Assembly (NCBI GenBank): GCA_053919585.1
Contig: CM132791.1
From: Euprymna scolopes
Lineage: Eukaryota
Strand: one strand, 5' to 3'
Length of the DNA: 64,000 bases
Shown here: positions 49,783 through 62,300 of the stretch, piece after piece
How positions within the stretch are numbered: the stretch's first letter is position 1
Layout of the letters: each line of letters starts with the position of its first letter
Program-made: the position numbers and the translations under genes
The notes under the pieces: generated by a model
Told to the model about the DNA's origin: nothing
What the model saw: only the letters and a program-made list of their open reading frames with translations
Databases searched by the model: none

Positions 49783-52180
49783 GCCACCCGTGTACCCGAC
49801 ACTGACCGTCATTACACAAGTCTCCGAGACCTTTTTCTCACAACTGTCCCTGAGCTATGTTCATCCTCCGTTCTATCTGCACTCAGTTGTCTCAGTTAAG
49901 ATAAAAACAAAATAGCCCTGAGCTATGTTCATCCTCCGTTCTATCTGCACTCAGTTGTCTCAGTTAAGATAAAAACAAAATAGCCCTGAGCTATGTTCAT
50001 CCTCCGTTCTATCTGCACTCAGTTGTCTCAGTTAAGATAAAAACAAAATGACCCTGAGCTATGTTCATCCTCCGTTCTATCTGCACTCAGTTGTCTCAGT
50101 TAAGATAAAAACAAAATGTAATAAATCCTCAGACGTACCACTCCATCGTACAGTAGATCGAAAATCTATGACTGACTAGGATAGCTTCAGTACATTTACA
50201 TCAGATCTACCTCGGTGGTCCATGTTTAAAAAAAAGTGTCCTCTATAGTAATCAGCCCTTACAGAATGGTTAATTGTAGGTATAGACCGCTTCATACCCT
50301 CAAAAATTCCAGAAAAAACTAACCGCCAGCCGTGGTTATTTCCAAAATGTGCTGCTGCCATTGCACACAGAAATCACTTTTTTCCATTGCTTCCAATGAA
50401 ATAGATGTAGTGAGACTAAAGCCACCTTCAGGACTGCCAATAATTACTGTAAAATAACTCACAGGGTCTTAAATAGAAGTGTGTGCTCTATTCCAACCAT
50501 AATCAATGTACATGCGGTAACCTCGTAAGCATCGGACAAAGCCAAACTATTTGCTAAGAACTTTACAGCTCATTCTATCCTATGCGATCACGGTCGTCAA
50601 CACCCTGTATTTCATCTTGTGTCTGAAAACACACTATACGACATTAAAATATCTGTCCGGGCTGTTGCCAAGCTAATCAAAAACCTCGATTCCAATAAAG
50701 CAACTGCTCCTGACGGCATTCTAATTATAGTGTTGAAAAAGCTTCAACCAGAAGTAGCTCCCATACTTACAAAACTGTTTAAGCGTTGTCTTAAGGAGAA
50801 TTGCTTCCCAACACCCTCGAAAATCTAATCAGTATCTCTCATATTTAAAAATTCAGGTGATCAGTAACTCCCTCTCAGTACAGACCAATAAGTTTCCTGT
50901 TAGTCACGAGTAAGTTGTTGAAATCTGTATTAAACAGAGTAGTTAACTACTTCATCAAAAAAGAACTCCTCATTAACATGCAATATGGTTTCCGTTCTGC
51001 TATATCTACAGTAGATGTACTAACAGCTATATCTCATAGCATTAGTGAATCTCTCGACGGAGGCTTCGTTTCTAGGGCAATTGCTCTTGACTTATCAAAG
51101 GCCTTTAATAGGGTATGGCATGAGGGTTTAGTCCACAAGATCTCCAGCTACTGTATAGCTGGAAATGTAATCTCAATTATTAAACTATTTCTATCTCATA
51201 GGTTTATAAGAGTAGTGATTGATGGACAGAAATCAGAAGCTCACAACATCATGGGTCCAACTCTCTTCTTGATCTACATCAATTATATCTCAAACCACAT
51301 CCTAAGATTATTCATAGATATTAATGCTGACGACACTACCATCTATGACAACACTTCAAAGGCTGTAAACGATCAATTTCTCTATGATTTTCTCTCCTCT
51401 GATCTTGAGGCATCTAAAACTCAGCCTCTAGCTTTACATCATCAATGCTCTGATCCCCGTCTTACGTCAATTGAAATGAATGGCTATCGTCTTGGGGAGG
51501 CTCAATTTTTTAATAAGCTTCTGTCTGACCTTTACTTCTGATATGAAATGGAACACGTACATCAAATCCGTTGAGAAGGTCGCTAGAAAAATTGTCGGAT
51601 CATTCTACCGCTCCAGTAGATATCTCACTGCTGATACAATTCTCTACCTATATAAGATCCAAGTACTTATAAGGATTGAGTACTGTTGCCATATCTAGAC
51701 AGGAGTTGCTAAAAGTACTTATATTGCCTTGACAGAGTTCAAAATAGACTTCGTAGCCAAGTGAGATATTCCATTTTATCTTCTCTGCAACCTTTTTCCT
51801 ACAGAAGAGATGTTACGAACCTGTCTCTACTTTATCGTTATTTTCATGTCAAGTTCTCTTCTGGTCTTTTAGCTGAAACCACAATCAATAATTTCCCCTA
51901 CTCTTTATTTAAACCTAAACGTAGATTTCTTTCTTAGTAATGCACGTTTGTGTAAATCTCTTTCGTTTTCCATGCTTTCCAACTGACTACAATATGGTCG
52001 TCTTCAAGTCCAACCTGAACAAGTTCTTGATGAGCCGTCCCCTTAAGTAAGTCAATTTAAAAAATTTCCACTACTAATGATTATTACGATATTGTCCCAG
52101 CGAATGCGGTATACTCATTAACCTTCATCCTCGAGTCGCCTACCGGCCTAGATAAGTAGTGACCCCTTTGGACAAAAAAA
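49783..52180 (+). mobile_element. APE-RT LINE copy, 5'-truncated and degenerate
   Basis: KATAPDGI, QYGFR, KAFNRVW, NADD, EYCCHI; family 3' UTR followed by A7. Confidence 0.92.
49848..50118 (+). repeat. 4 x 68-bp near-perfect tandem duplication inside the LINE
   Basis: ccctgagctatgttcatcctccg...aagataaaaacaaaat at 49848, 49916, 49984 and 50052. Confidence 0.97.
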
Positions 52181-52901
52181 TGAATTCTATATCAATTTGT
52201 TCGATTGCTTTTAAATGAATAAGAAATCATTTTATAATAAGGTAGTATTGTTTCGTTTTATTTTTATGAGGTGATTTATAAGCTAGGAAACGGAACCTCG
52301 CCCATATAAAGAATTTTTAGAAAGCACGTTAATCAAGCCTAAAACCATGGTTCTGGTGTTTTTCAACGAAGGGGACATGCTTCATGACTTAAGCATTTTT
52401 TTGCTTTTTTTGTTATGAAGTGGTCGTTAAGTTAGGAAATGAATCCCCGAAGAAGAATTAAAGTCAACGTTGAATATTAGCTCACAGGGAACGATTCACC
52501 GCAGGAAAAAATCACCTAATCGTTTTGCAGCAATTTCTAAAAAAATGTGAACATATTCAAAAAGGAAAAGGAAACGAAATAAAATATTTTGCAGTATTTA
52601 GTTGTACATAATTTATTACTAATTTAATTATTTTATTCCAGTTTTACATCAGTGTGTTGATGCTATGTTGGATGATAATCACGTTTGCGTTAAAAAAAAA
52701 CAAAAGAAGAAAGAAGTGGAGCAGGTATGCCCAAAAGAAGTTTTGTACTTTGGTGTTTTGTTATTAATTTAGAAAGAAAAGAACGAATTTCGTATTATTT
52801 CGTTTTCTATTTTGTTTTAATATTCATATCCGGTACGATGCTTTCGGTCTTTCACTTCCTATAACATTTTCGTTTTTTAGGGAAATAATGTTTCCTATTT
52901 A

Positions 52902-52982
<81 letters not shown>

Positions 52983-52989
52983 CCTGGAA

Positions 52990-55823
52990 ATATACACGAA
53001 TAAACCTAGAACCCCATCATCCAACGTCGATCCCTTACTACCATGTCTCCTTCTTCAATATCAGGGGTCTACGTTTCAACCTTCAAGAGGATGAAACACA
53101 ATTGGAGGAGACGAAACTGGACATATTTTTCTAGGTTAAACTGGCTTTGGGCCGACCATTTCCCTAGATGTGTTCATAATTAAAGGATACTCTAACTTAA
53201 CATCGAAAGCTGACCCCAAAGAATAATACATTACATTAAAGATGGCTTTCCGTGTGGTAGGGATATCGCCAGAGAATACCCTAATTTACCCTATATGTAC
53301 GTCCGTGTTGCACTTGCTTACACCAACGCATTTATATTTGCCCTCTATCGCCTCCACAGCAGCGGAGCTTCTATCTTTAAGAGTATATATGATAAAATTG
53401 ACTATATCCTGTCTGCTCATCCCTCGGCTAACATTCGCATCTGTGGTGACTTCAGTGTCCACAATGTGGAATGGCTGACCCACTCAAAGACAGATGATAA
53501 GTGGAGTTTCTGTCATGATACCCCATTGATTATGACCGGTACGTATGCAAGCCTTCTAGACCTTTTTCTCACAACTTCCCCTGAGTTATGTTTATGCTTT
53601 GTTCTATCTCCTCTGGGATCTTCTGGCTACTCGTTTGTATCAGTTAAGATAAAAATAACATGTAATAAGTCTTCAAACGTACCTCTCCACCGTGCTGTAT
53701 ATCGATACTTTTTGGCTAACTGGAATGGCTTCCGTACATTTATATCTGACCTACCTCTGCATTCCATGTTTAAAACGAATGTGGCCTCTATACTACCAGA
53801 CCTGACGGAATACCATCCAAACAATTCCAACAAAAACCTTAACATCCAGCCATGGTTCTCCCCTGAATGTGCTGCTGCCATCGCGCAAAGAAATCACTTT
53901 TTCTATAGACATTACCGTAATAGGAGTACTGAGACTAAAGCTGCTTTCATTACTGCCAGCAACCACTGTAAAAGAGTAATAAAAAATACAAGAGAGTTAT
54001 ATGCTCAATTCGAAATCCAAAGAAGCTGAACAACGGCTTGGTTCCCACCAGTTTTGTGCAATAGTAAACAGGATCCTGAGCAGAAGCGTGCGTTCTATCC
54101 CAACCATAATCAATGGATCTGATGTCATCTCGTCAGCATCAGACAAAGCCAAACTCTTTGCCAAGAACTTTGCAGCTAATTCTACCCTATGCAACCAAGA
54201 CCATCAATTCCCCCTATTTCCTCCTATAACGGACAAAAAGCTATGCCATATTTGTACGTGATGTCGCCAAGCTAATCAAGAACCTTGATTCCAGTAAAGA
54301 GACTGTCCCTGATGGCATTCCAATTATAGTATTCAAAAACATCAACTACAAAAGTGCTTCCCAACACCCTGGAAAACCTCATCGGTACGCCCTGTATTTA
54401 AAAATTCAGATGATAAATAATACCCCTCTCAGCACAGACCAATAAGTCTCCTGTGCGTTATGAGTAAACTGCTGGCATTCATATTAAATAAAGGTCAACC
54501 ACCTTAGTAGAAATAACCTTCTCATTGACATGCAATATGGTTTCCGTTCTGCTAGATCTACAGAAGATGTGCTAACAGTTATATCTCATAGGATTAGTGA
54601 ATCTCTTGACAAAGGCTTCCTTTCTAGGGCAATTACTCTTGACATATCAAAGGTTTTCGATAAGGTATGGGATAAGGGACTACTTCACAAGATTTCCAGC
54701 TACGGTATTACTGGAAATATTTTCTCAATAATTAAATCGTTTCTCCCTGATAGGCTCATAAGAGTAGTGGTGTGTGGGCAGAAATCAGAAGCATTAATGC
54801 TGGTGTCCCTCAATGGTCAATCCTGGGCCCAACTCTCTTCCTGATCTACATCAATTATCTTCCAAAACACATACTTAAATAATCGTTGGCATATATGCTG
54901 ATGACACGACCATCTATGGCAACACATCAAAGGCCGTAAATGATAAGTTCTCTCTGATTCTCTCTCCTCTGATCTTGAGCGCGTAGTACAATAGGGGAAA
55001 GAGGTTGCTGGTTACTTTTAATGCATCTAAAACCAAGCTTCTATATTTACATCATCAATGCTCTGTTCCCTATCTGGCATCAATTGAAATAGGTGACTCT
55101 TGTCTTGGAGAGGCTCCATGTGTTGACAATCTTATGGGATTGACCTTTACTCCTGATCTGAAATGGAATACCTACATCAAATCTGTTGCCAGGGACGTTG
55201 GGAAAATGGTGGGATCCTTCTACCGCTCCAGGAGATATCTCACTACTGATGCAATTCTCTATATGTGTAAAAGCTAAGTACGTCCAAGGATGGAGTATTG
55301 CTGCCACATCTGGGCAGGAGCATCTAAAAACAGCTTATCCTGCCTTAACAGAGTACAAAATAGACTTCGTAGCTTAGTGGCGGATGCCCTTTTCTCTTTC
55401 CTGCAACCTCTTTCTCACAGAAGAGACTTTGCGGGTCTGTCTTTTTTTTTATCGTTATTCCCATGGGAAGTGCTCGTCTGAGCTCCAATCCCTGGTCCCT
55501 CCTTGTCAATCTTTCACAAAAAATACTCGTCTAACTTTTACTACTGTTAATAATTTCCCCCACTGTTTATCTGTGCCTAAATCAAAATGTAGATTCCATG
55601 AACAAAGCTTCTTTCTTAGATGTGCACGCATGTGGAACTCTCTTCCGTTTGCCTGTTTCCCACCTGACTACAACTTAGATGTCTTCAAGTCCAACATAAA
55701 CAAATTCTCTGATAAACCACCCCCTTAAGTAATCCAATTCATCAGATCCCCATTACTAACGATTACTATGATATTATCCCATTGATTAATGTACACGCAA
55801 TAACCCTTATCCCCGAGTGGCCA
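52990..55823 (+). mobile_element. APE-RT LINE copy, degenerate, bounded by (TA)n and (GT)n
   Basis: GDFSVH, QYGFR, FDKVW, YADD (tatgctgatgac ~54894), EYCCHIW and WNSLP; the 3' UTR is cut at (GT)n 55824-55847. Confidence 0.93.
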
Positions 55824-56451
55824 TGTGTGTGTGTGTGTGTGTGTGTGATCATCGATATGTGATTTTGTATCACATTTACCTCCCCTGACGCTGCCACTAT
55901 ATGTTTTTAGTGGAGTATTTTTATTCGTATTAACAGTGACAAAGAGATTTTGTTCCACAGTTATTTCCTTCTTTTTATCAATACATTTTTATACATCAGA
56001 AGGGCAGTGAACATACTTCTGTATACCAGTTTCTTGAAAGAATCATCATGGCTCTGCAATATTTACCCTTGTGGCCGTCTTAAATATTTAGTGTCAGCCT
56101 CGGAAAAGATGCAACACTTGTGCACACTCTTGGCTTTGACGGTGAACTAAATATCACTACCTATTGTGTTCTATGTAAATATAAGTTGCATTATAAGACA
56201 AAGTACGACGTATGCGGTTTGTCAAGCACGCCTCTGTCTCAAAATATGAATTACTATATCAATTAACGATCTTGGGAAGGCGTTCGAAAACTACATTTGG
56301 TGTAATGTTCATTAATTTTGATTTAGAAGAAAAATATTTCTTATTTAAGTAACTCGACGAATAGAAAACAAAATATATAATTATGTTTATTGTGTTGTGT
56401 CTCTCATCTCTGTTCTCCCTCCCTCTCCTCTCTCTCCCTCTCTCTCTTTCC

Positions 56452-56502
<51 letters not shown>

Positions 56503-56907
56503 ATTTTCATTTATGCAAATTTCGTATATATAGATTATAGAGCCAATCCTCTATTAATTATTATATTGTACTCAAAATATATTAGTGACCCCTGGCTTAG
56601 TTCGGTCATAAAATACGCTTTACTATATTTTAATTCATGCAAATTTTGTATGTATTATATAGCCAATATTCTATTGACTATTATTATGTAGTCATTTCAA
56701 AAGTTTGCAAAAATATGACTATCAGCTATAATCGAAACCAAATCATATACCTGTTCGGCTTTATTCGTTACCATCTGTACTCTAACCCATCTTGACCATT
56801 TAGTAGATATTTTATCTGCTAAAGACTACATTAGATTTGTTTCACTAATCGAAATTCCTTTATATATTAAGTTTGAAGTGTATAGACCAAAAATTGACTA
56901 AAGTTTA

Positions 56908-57053
56908 NNNNNNNNNNNNNNNNNNNNNNNNNNNNNNNNNNNNNNNNNNNNNNNNNNNNNNNNNNNNNNNNNNNNNNNNNNNNNNNNNNNNNNNNNNNNN
57001 NNNNNNNNNNNNNNNNNNNNNNNNNNNNNNNNNNNNNNNNNNNNNNNNNNNNN
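56908..57053. other. Assembly gap
   Basis: Run of N. Confidence 1.
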
Positions 57054-57170
57054 GACATAGTTTTCTCTTTTCGATTTGGTTGGATATCTTTTCGGATCGC
57101 CGAGCCGTCTTTTTCCGGCTAGTTGTTTGTATATTATGACGCCCAGTAGTTGTTGTTCGGACATATTCTC

Positions 57171-57213
57171 CTCAAGCGTTTTCTATCGGTACATCCGATC
57201 GTCGTGAGGAGTG
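57171..57213 (-). ncRNA. Degenerate hammerhead in a PLE-like tail
   Basis: CTC-CTcACGA-cgATCGG-atgta-CCGATa-GAAAacgctt-GAG, followed by the gagaatatgtccgaacaacaac tail. Confidence 0.5.
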
Positions 57214-57587
57214 GGTGTTGTTGTTGTTGGTACTGTTGTTGTTGTCATGTTAGAGAATGGATCAAGAGAGAGAGAGAGAGGGAGGTGTGTAAATTATAGT
57301 TAGACACGTTGACCGGAAATCAGGATCAGCTGATCGGATTGCGTGTGAGTCACGTGATCAGGTTAGCAGAATCGTGGAGATTTGGTTTGGATTTAGAAGA
57401 GGACATATGGCTTCACCGTTGTCTCCTCCCCTTCACTGGGGGGGGGACACTGACATGTGTAGAAACGAGACCAAGAGAACCACACAGACCAGATTCACTT
57501 TCCATCTTCTGCGAGACATCTGGAAAGTGTATATATATATATATATTATTCCTTAATTGGAATTCATTTTTGAGATGAGCATTATAT

Positions 57588-57910
57588 ATTAATTTATTTT
57601 TATATCGGACTATTAGTCTCATCTTTATTAGTTGTTTTTTTATCTTTTATTGGTTTCAATCCCACCCAAAGCATGCCAGAGGTTAATTGGTCAAAATGTG
57701 GTGAGACGACAACAACTACGGGTGGCAGTGATGGCTGAGAATGCAGTTAGGAGATTCGAAGTTCCTATCCGCCGTGGTTACCACCTGACGAAGGCCAGAG
57801 GAATAGTTGGCCGAAACGTTGTGAATAAAAAATTTAAAAAACAATAAAAGATCAAAGAACAACAACTAATAAAGATGAGACTAATAGTCCGAAATAAAAA
57901 TAAATTAATC
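57588..57910 (+). mobile_element. tRNA-SINE/hammerhead element copy 3: truncated at the B-box and preceded by an inverted copy of its own 3' tail
   Basis: Starts GGTTTCAATCC at 57652; body aligns to 5934-6160; 57588-57650 is the reverse complement of ~57843-57909. Confidence 0.85.
57782..57823 (+). ncRNA. Minimal (dimer-type) hammerhead ribozyme with an intact core
   Basis: CAC-CTGACGA-a-GGCCAG-aggaatag-TTGGCC-GAAA-CG-TT^GTG; ACGT palindromic stem III; predicted cut after 57820. Confidence 0.85.
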
Positions 57911-58269
57911 TGGAAAGTGAAATTTAAAAAAATCTATAAAACAAATTCATCGTGTTGGAGTGATTAAATCTTCGTCCAAAACAGGTACCAGGTCTCCCCT
58001 CCAAGACGAGACATTCCAGATGGACCAACATCCAAGACGCAGAAGGTATGTCTGAAAAAATATATGTATCACACACACACACAACAGCATATGAACAAAT
58101 AGACAGAACAACTAGACGATCACACACAACCCCCTTTATGATACAACAAATATATAATATACGTCATCTCTTCTAATCCCTTATTAGAGATAACAACGCA
58201 ACAGTCATTCTTTTCTTTATTGGGGTTTGGTGTATTTATAGTGAGTTCTTTTTTATCAGATGACATCTT

Positions 58270-58881
58270 AGCAGCTAAATTTTCGCCAAAATATCTGAGC
58301 AAAAAGCTTGATTCATGTCTGAATACCCTTTATGTAAAATTTCAAATGTTTGACTAAACATTGGCTGAATAGGTTGCTAGAGACCTCAAAGGTAAAAAAA
58401 AAATTGACATTGACCCATTGGCAGCGAAATTTTCGAGCAAAACCGGCTAAAATGCTTGTCCTATATCCGAATACAATTTATATAAAATTTAAAATGTTTA
58501 GGCCAAAAATTGGCTGAGTAATTTGGTAGACACCGCAGACGTAAAGTTTTTTTAACTTAGACCCCAATTTTGACCCCTTAATATTTATTGTGTTGAGCTC
58601 AACTCGAATTAAAACGTTTGATTCATGTCCAAGTAACCTACATTTCAAATTTCAAGTGTTTAGAATTAAAATTGGTATAGGAGTTTGGTAGCGCTTTCAA
58701 AGTTCAAATCGTTGAACTTTGACCCCTATATAGCCTAATTTCTGTCCGAAAAACCATTTTTTCCCACATCTCAGTACTCCTTATATCAAATCTCTAGTCT
58801 GTAGACTGAAATTTGACAGAGTATTTGGGAAGGGAAATGTACACACACACACACACACAGATAATGTCATGAATATATAGT
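58270..58881 (-). mobile_element. Helitron-like element with four diverged ~150-bp internal repeats
   Basis: Repeated tgattcatgtc..atac..aaatttcaa..aaattggc..ttgaccc; the minus-strand end reads actatatattcatg..(GT)n. Confidence 0.5.
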
Positions 58882-59312
58882 AAGTGGTCTATGCGGATCG
58901 CTCAACGTTTAAACATTTTTAATGTCTCAGTAGTACTCTACAGGACTCCAATTCAGTACCCCTTCCTCACTTAGATGTTCTTAGGGTTACCATATATAGC
59001 GCCGAGTCTTAGGAGAAAGAAAATGTATTGCTCAATCATATTCTTGACAAATCTTTTGCAGCGCATTCGTATTATCAGCAGCTCCAAAATATATAGATAA
59101 TTGTGCAATATACTCAAATATTTTGTGTGCTTTTTTTATACTTCGGATATTAGTTTTACGTTTGATAGACACAACGAGTTCACTGGCGATATGTTGAAAG
59201 CAACCATGTAAGTGAAGCATATCACTTATTGTCTCATGTTGGATGTGACGATAGATGTGTGATGTCTGTCCTTCAAAATATGTGTAGTCCGTGTTTTCAA
59301 CTCCACCAAAAA

Positions 59313-62300
59313 ACATCAGTCGAGGATACTCCACCAATAAAAAATAGATGATACTCTATCAATAAACAATCAGTAAATGATACTCTATCAATAACAATCA
59401 GTCGATCATACTCCACCAATAAAAAATAGATGATACTCTATCAATAAACAATCAGAAAATAATACCCTATCAATACACAATCAGTTAATGATACGCCTCC
59501 AATAACAATCAGTCGACCCTACTCCACCCATAAACAATAAGTCAGTGATACTCCATGAATAAACAATAAGTCAACGATACTAAAACAATCACTAATAAGA
59601 CGATGATACCATCAATATACACTCAGTCGATAATACGCTACCAATAAACAAGCAATCGATGATACTCTACGAATAAAACAATCAGTCGATGACACTGTAC
59701 CAATAAAAAAAATCAGTCGATGACACTCCACCAATAAACAATCAGTAAATGATACTCCAGGAATAAAAAATCAGTAAGGAATACTCCATTAATAAACAAT
59801 CAGTCGATGATGTTCCACCAATAAACAATCGATGATACTCTATAAATAAACGATCAGAAAATGCTACTCCATTTAAAAACAATCAGTCAATGATACTCCT
59901 AAAATAAAAATCAGTTGATGATACTCTATCAATCAACAATCAATCGATAATACTCCAACAATAAACAATAAATCGACGATACTCCACAAATAAAAAATCG
60001 GTCTATGATACTCCAAAAATAAACCATCGGTCGATGATACTCCACCAATATAAAATCAGTCGATTATACTCCACCAATAAAAAATCAGTCGATGATACTC
60101 CACCAAAAAACAATCCATGATACTCTATCAATAAACAATCAAACAATGATATTCCATCAATAAACAATCAGTCAATGATAATCCTCCAATAACAATCAGT
60201 CGATAATACTCATTCAAATAAACAATAAGTCAATGATACTCCACCAATAAACAATCAGTCGATAATACTCAATCAATGAACAATCAGTCGATGATACTCC
60301 ATCAATAAATAATCAGTCAATAATACTCCATAAATAAACGATCGGTCGATGATACTCCATCAATAAAGCACCAGTCCATTATACTACATCAATAAAAAAT
60401 CAGTCGATTATACTCCCTCATTAAACAATCAGTCAATGATACTCTACCAATAAAGAATCAGTCGATGATACTCCACCAATAAAACATTAGTCAATGATGC
60501 CCCACACATAAACAATCAGTCAATGATACTCTATCAATCAAAAATCAGTCGATGATACTCCACCAACAAACAATCCGTCGATGCTTCTTCACCCGTCACC
60601 AATCGATGATACTATATTAATAAAAAATCAGACAATGATACTCCGCCAATAAACAACAAGTCAATGATGTTCCACTAATAAACAATTAGTCGATGATGCT
60701 CTATACATTAACAATAAATCGATGATACACCACCAATCAGTAAATGATACTCTACCAACAACCTGTGATACTCTATCAATAAACAATCAGACAATAATAC
60801 TAAATCTATAAAAAATCAGTAAATGATGCTCCATACATAAACAATCAGTCTACCATACTTTATCAATAAACCATCAGTCTATGATACTCCACCAATAAAC
60901 AATCAGTCGATAGTACTCCACCAATAATCAATAATTCAATGATACTCAAACAATCAATAATCAGTCGATGATACCATCAATATACAATCAGTCGATAATA
61001 CTCTATCAATAAGCAATAAGTTGCTGATACTCCACCAATAAACAATAATAGATGATATTATATCAATAAACAATTAGATAATGATACTCGACCAAAACAC
61101 AATCAGTCGATAATAACAAATTAATAAACAACCAGTCAATGATACTAAACAAATTAACAATCAGCTGATAATATTCCACCAATAATCAATCAGTAAATGA
61201 TACTCTATCAATAACGAATCAGACGATGATATTCCCTCAATAAACAATCTATGATACTACACCAATTAACAATAGGTCAATGATACTCAAACAATCAATA
61301 ATCAGTCGATGATACCATCAATATACAATCAGTCGATAATACTCAATCAATAAACAATCAGTCACGGATGCTAGACCAATAAACCATTAGTCGATGATGC
61401 TCAACGCAAGAACAATCACTCACCAATAAAAAAATAGTCGATTATATTCCACCAATAAACAATCACTAAATTAATACTCCACTAATAAAAAAGTCAATGA
61501 TACTAACCAATAAAAAAATCAGTCGATGATACTCCACCAATAAACAATAGATGATACTCTATCAAAAAATATTCAGACAATGATACTCCATCAGTAAACA
61601 ATCGGTCAATGATACTCCTCCAATAAGAATAAGTCGATGATACTCCATTAATAAACTATCAGTCGATGAAATCCCACCAATAAAAAATACGTCGATGATA
61701 ACAATCAATAATCAGTCGATGATACCACAATCAGTGAATGATACTCCACCAATAAAATATCAGTCCATTATCCTCCACAAAATAAAAATCAGTCAATTAT
61801 ACTCCACCAATTAACAATCAGTCAATGGTACTCCACCAGTAAACAATCAGTCGATGATACTCTATAAATAAACAATCAGAGAATGATAATCCAAATATAA
61901 AAAATCAGTCAATGATGTTCAATAAATAAACAACTAGTAGATGATATTCCACCAATAATAAGTAATTCAATGATAATAAAGCAACCAATAATCAATCGAT
62001 GATACCATTAATATACAATCAGTCGATAATACTCTATCAATAAAAAATCAGTCGGTGATGCTCCACCAATAAACAATCAGTCGATGATACTCCACCAATA
62101 AAAAATGTATGATGCTCTATCAATAACAATCAGACAATGATACTCCGTCAATAAACAATCAGTTAATGATGCTCCATAAATAAACACTAAGTCGATGATA
62201 CTTTATCAATAAACAATCAGTCGATGATACTCCACCAATAAACAATCAGTCGATGATTCTTCGCCAATTATCAATAATTCAATCATACTCAAACAATCAA

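Noticed and set aside
59032-59337. GIY-YIG-like remnant (YFEGQTSH..RHIQH)
   Set aside because: Only a vague resemblance, and the ORF start lies inside the satellite; it needs an HMM search.
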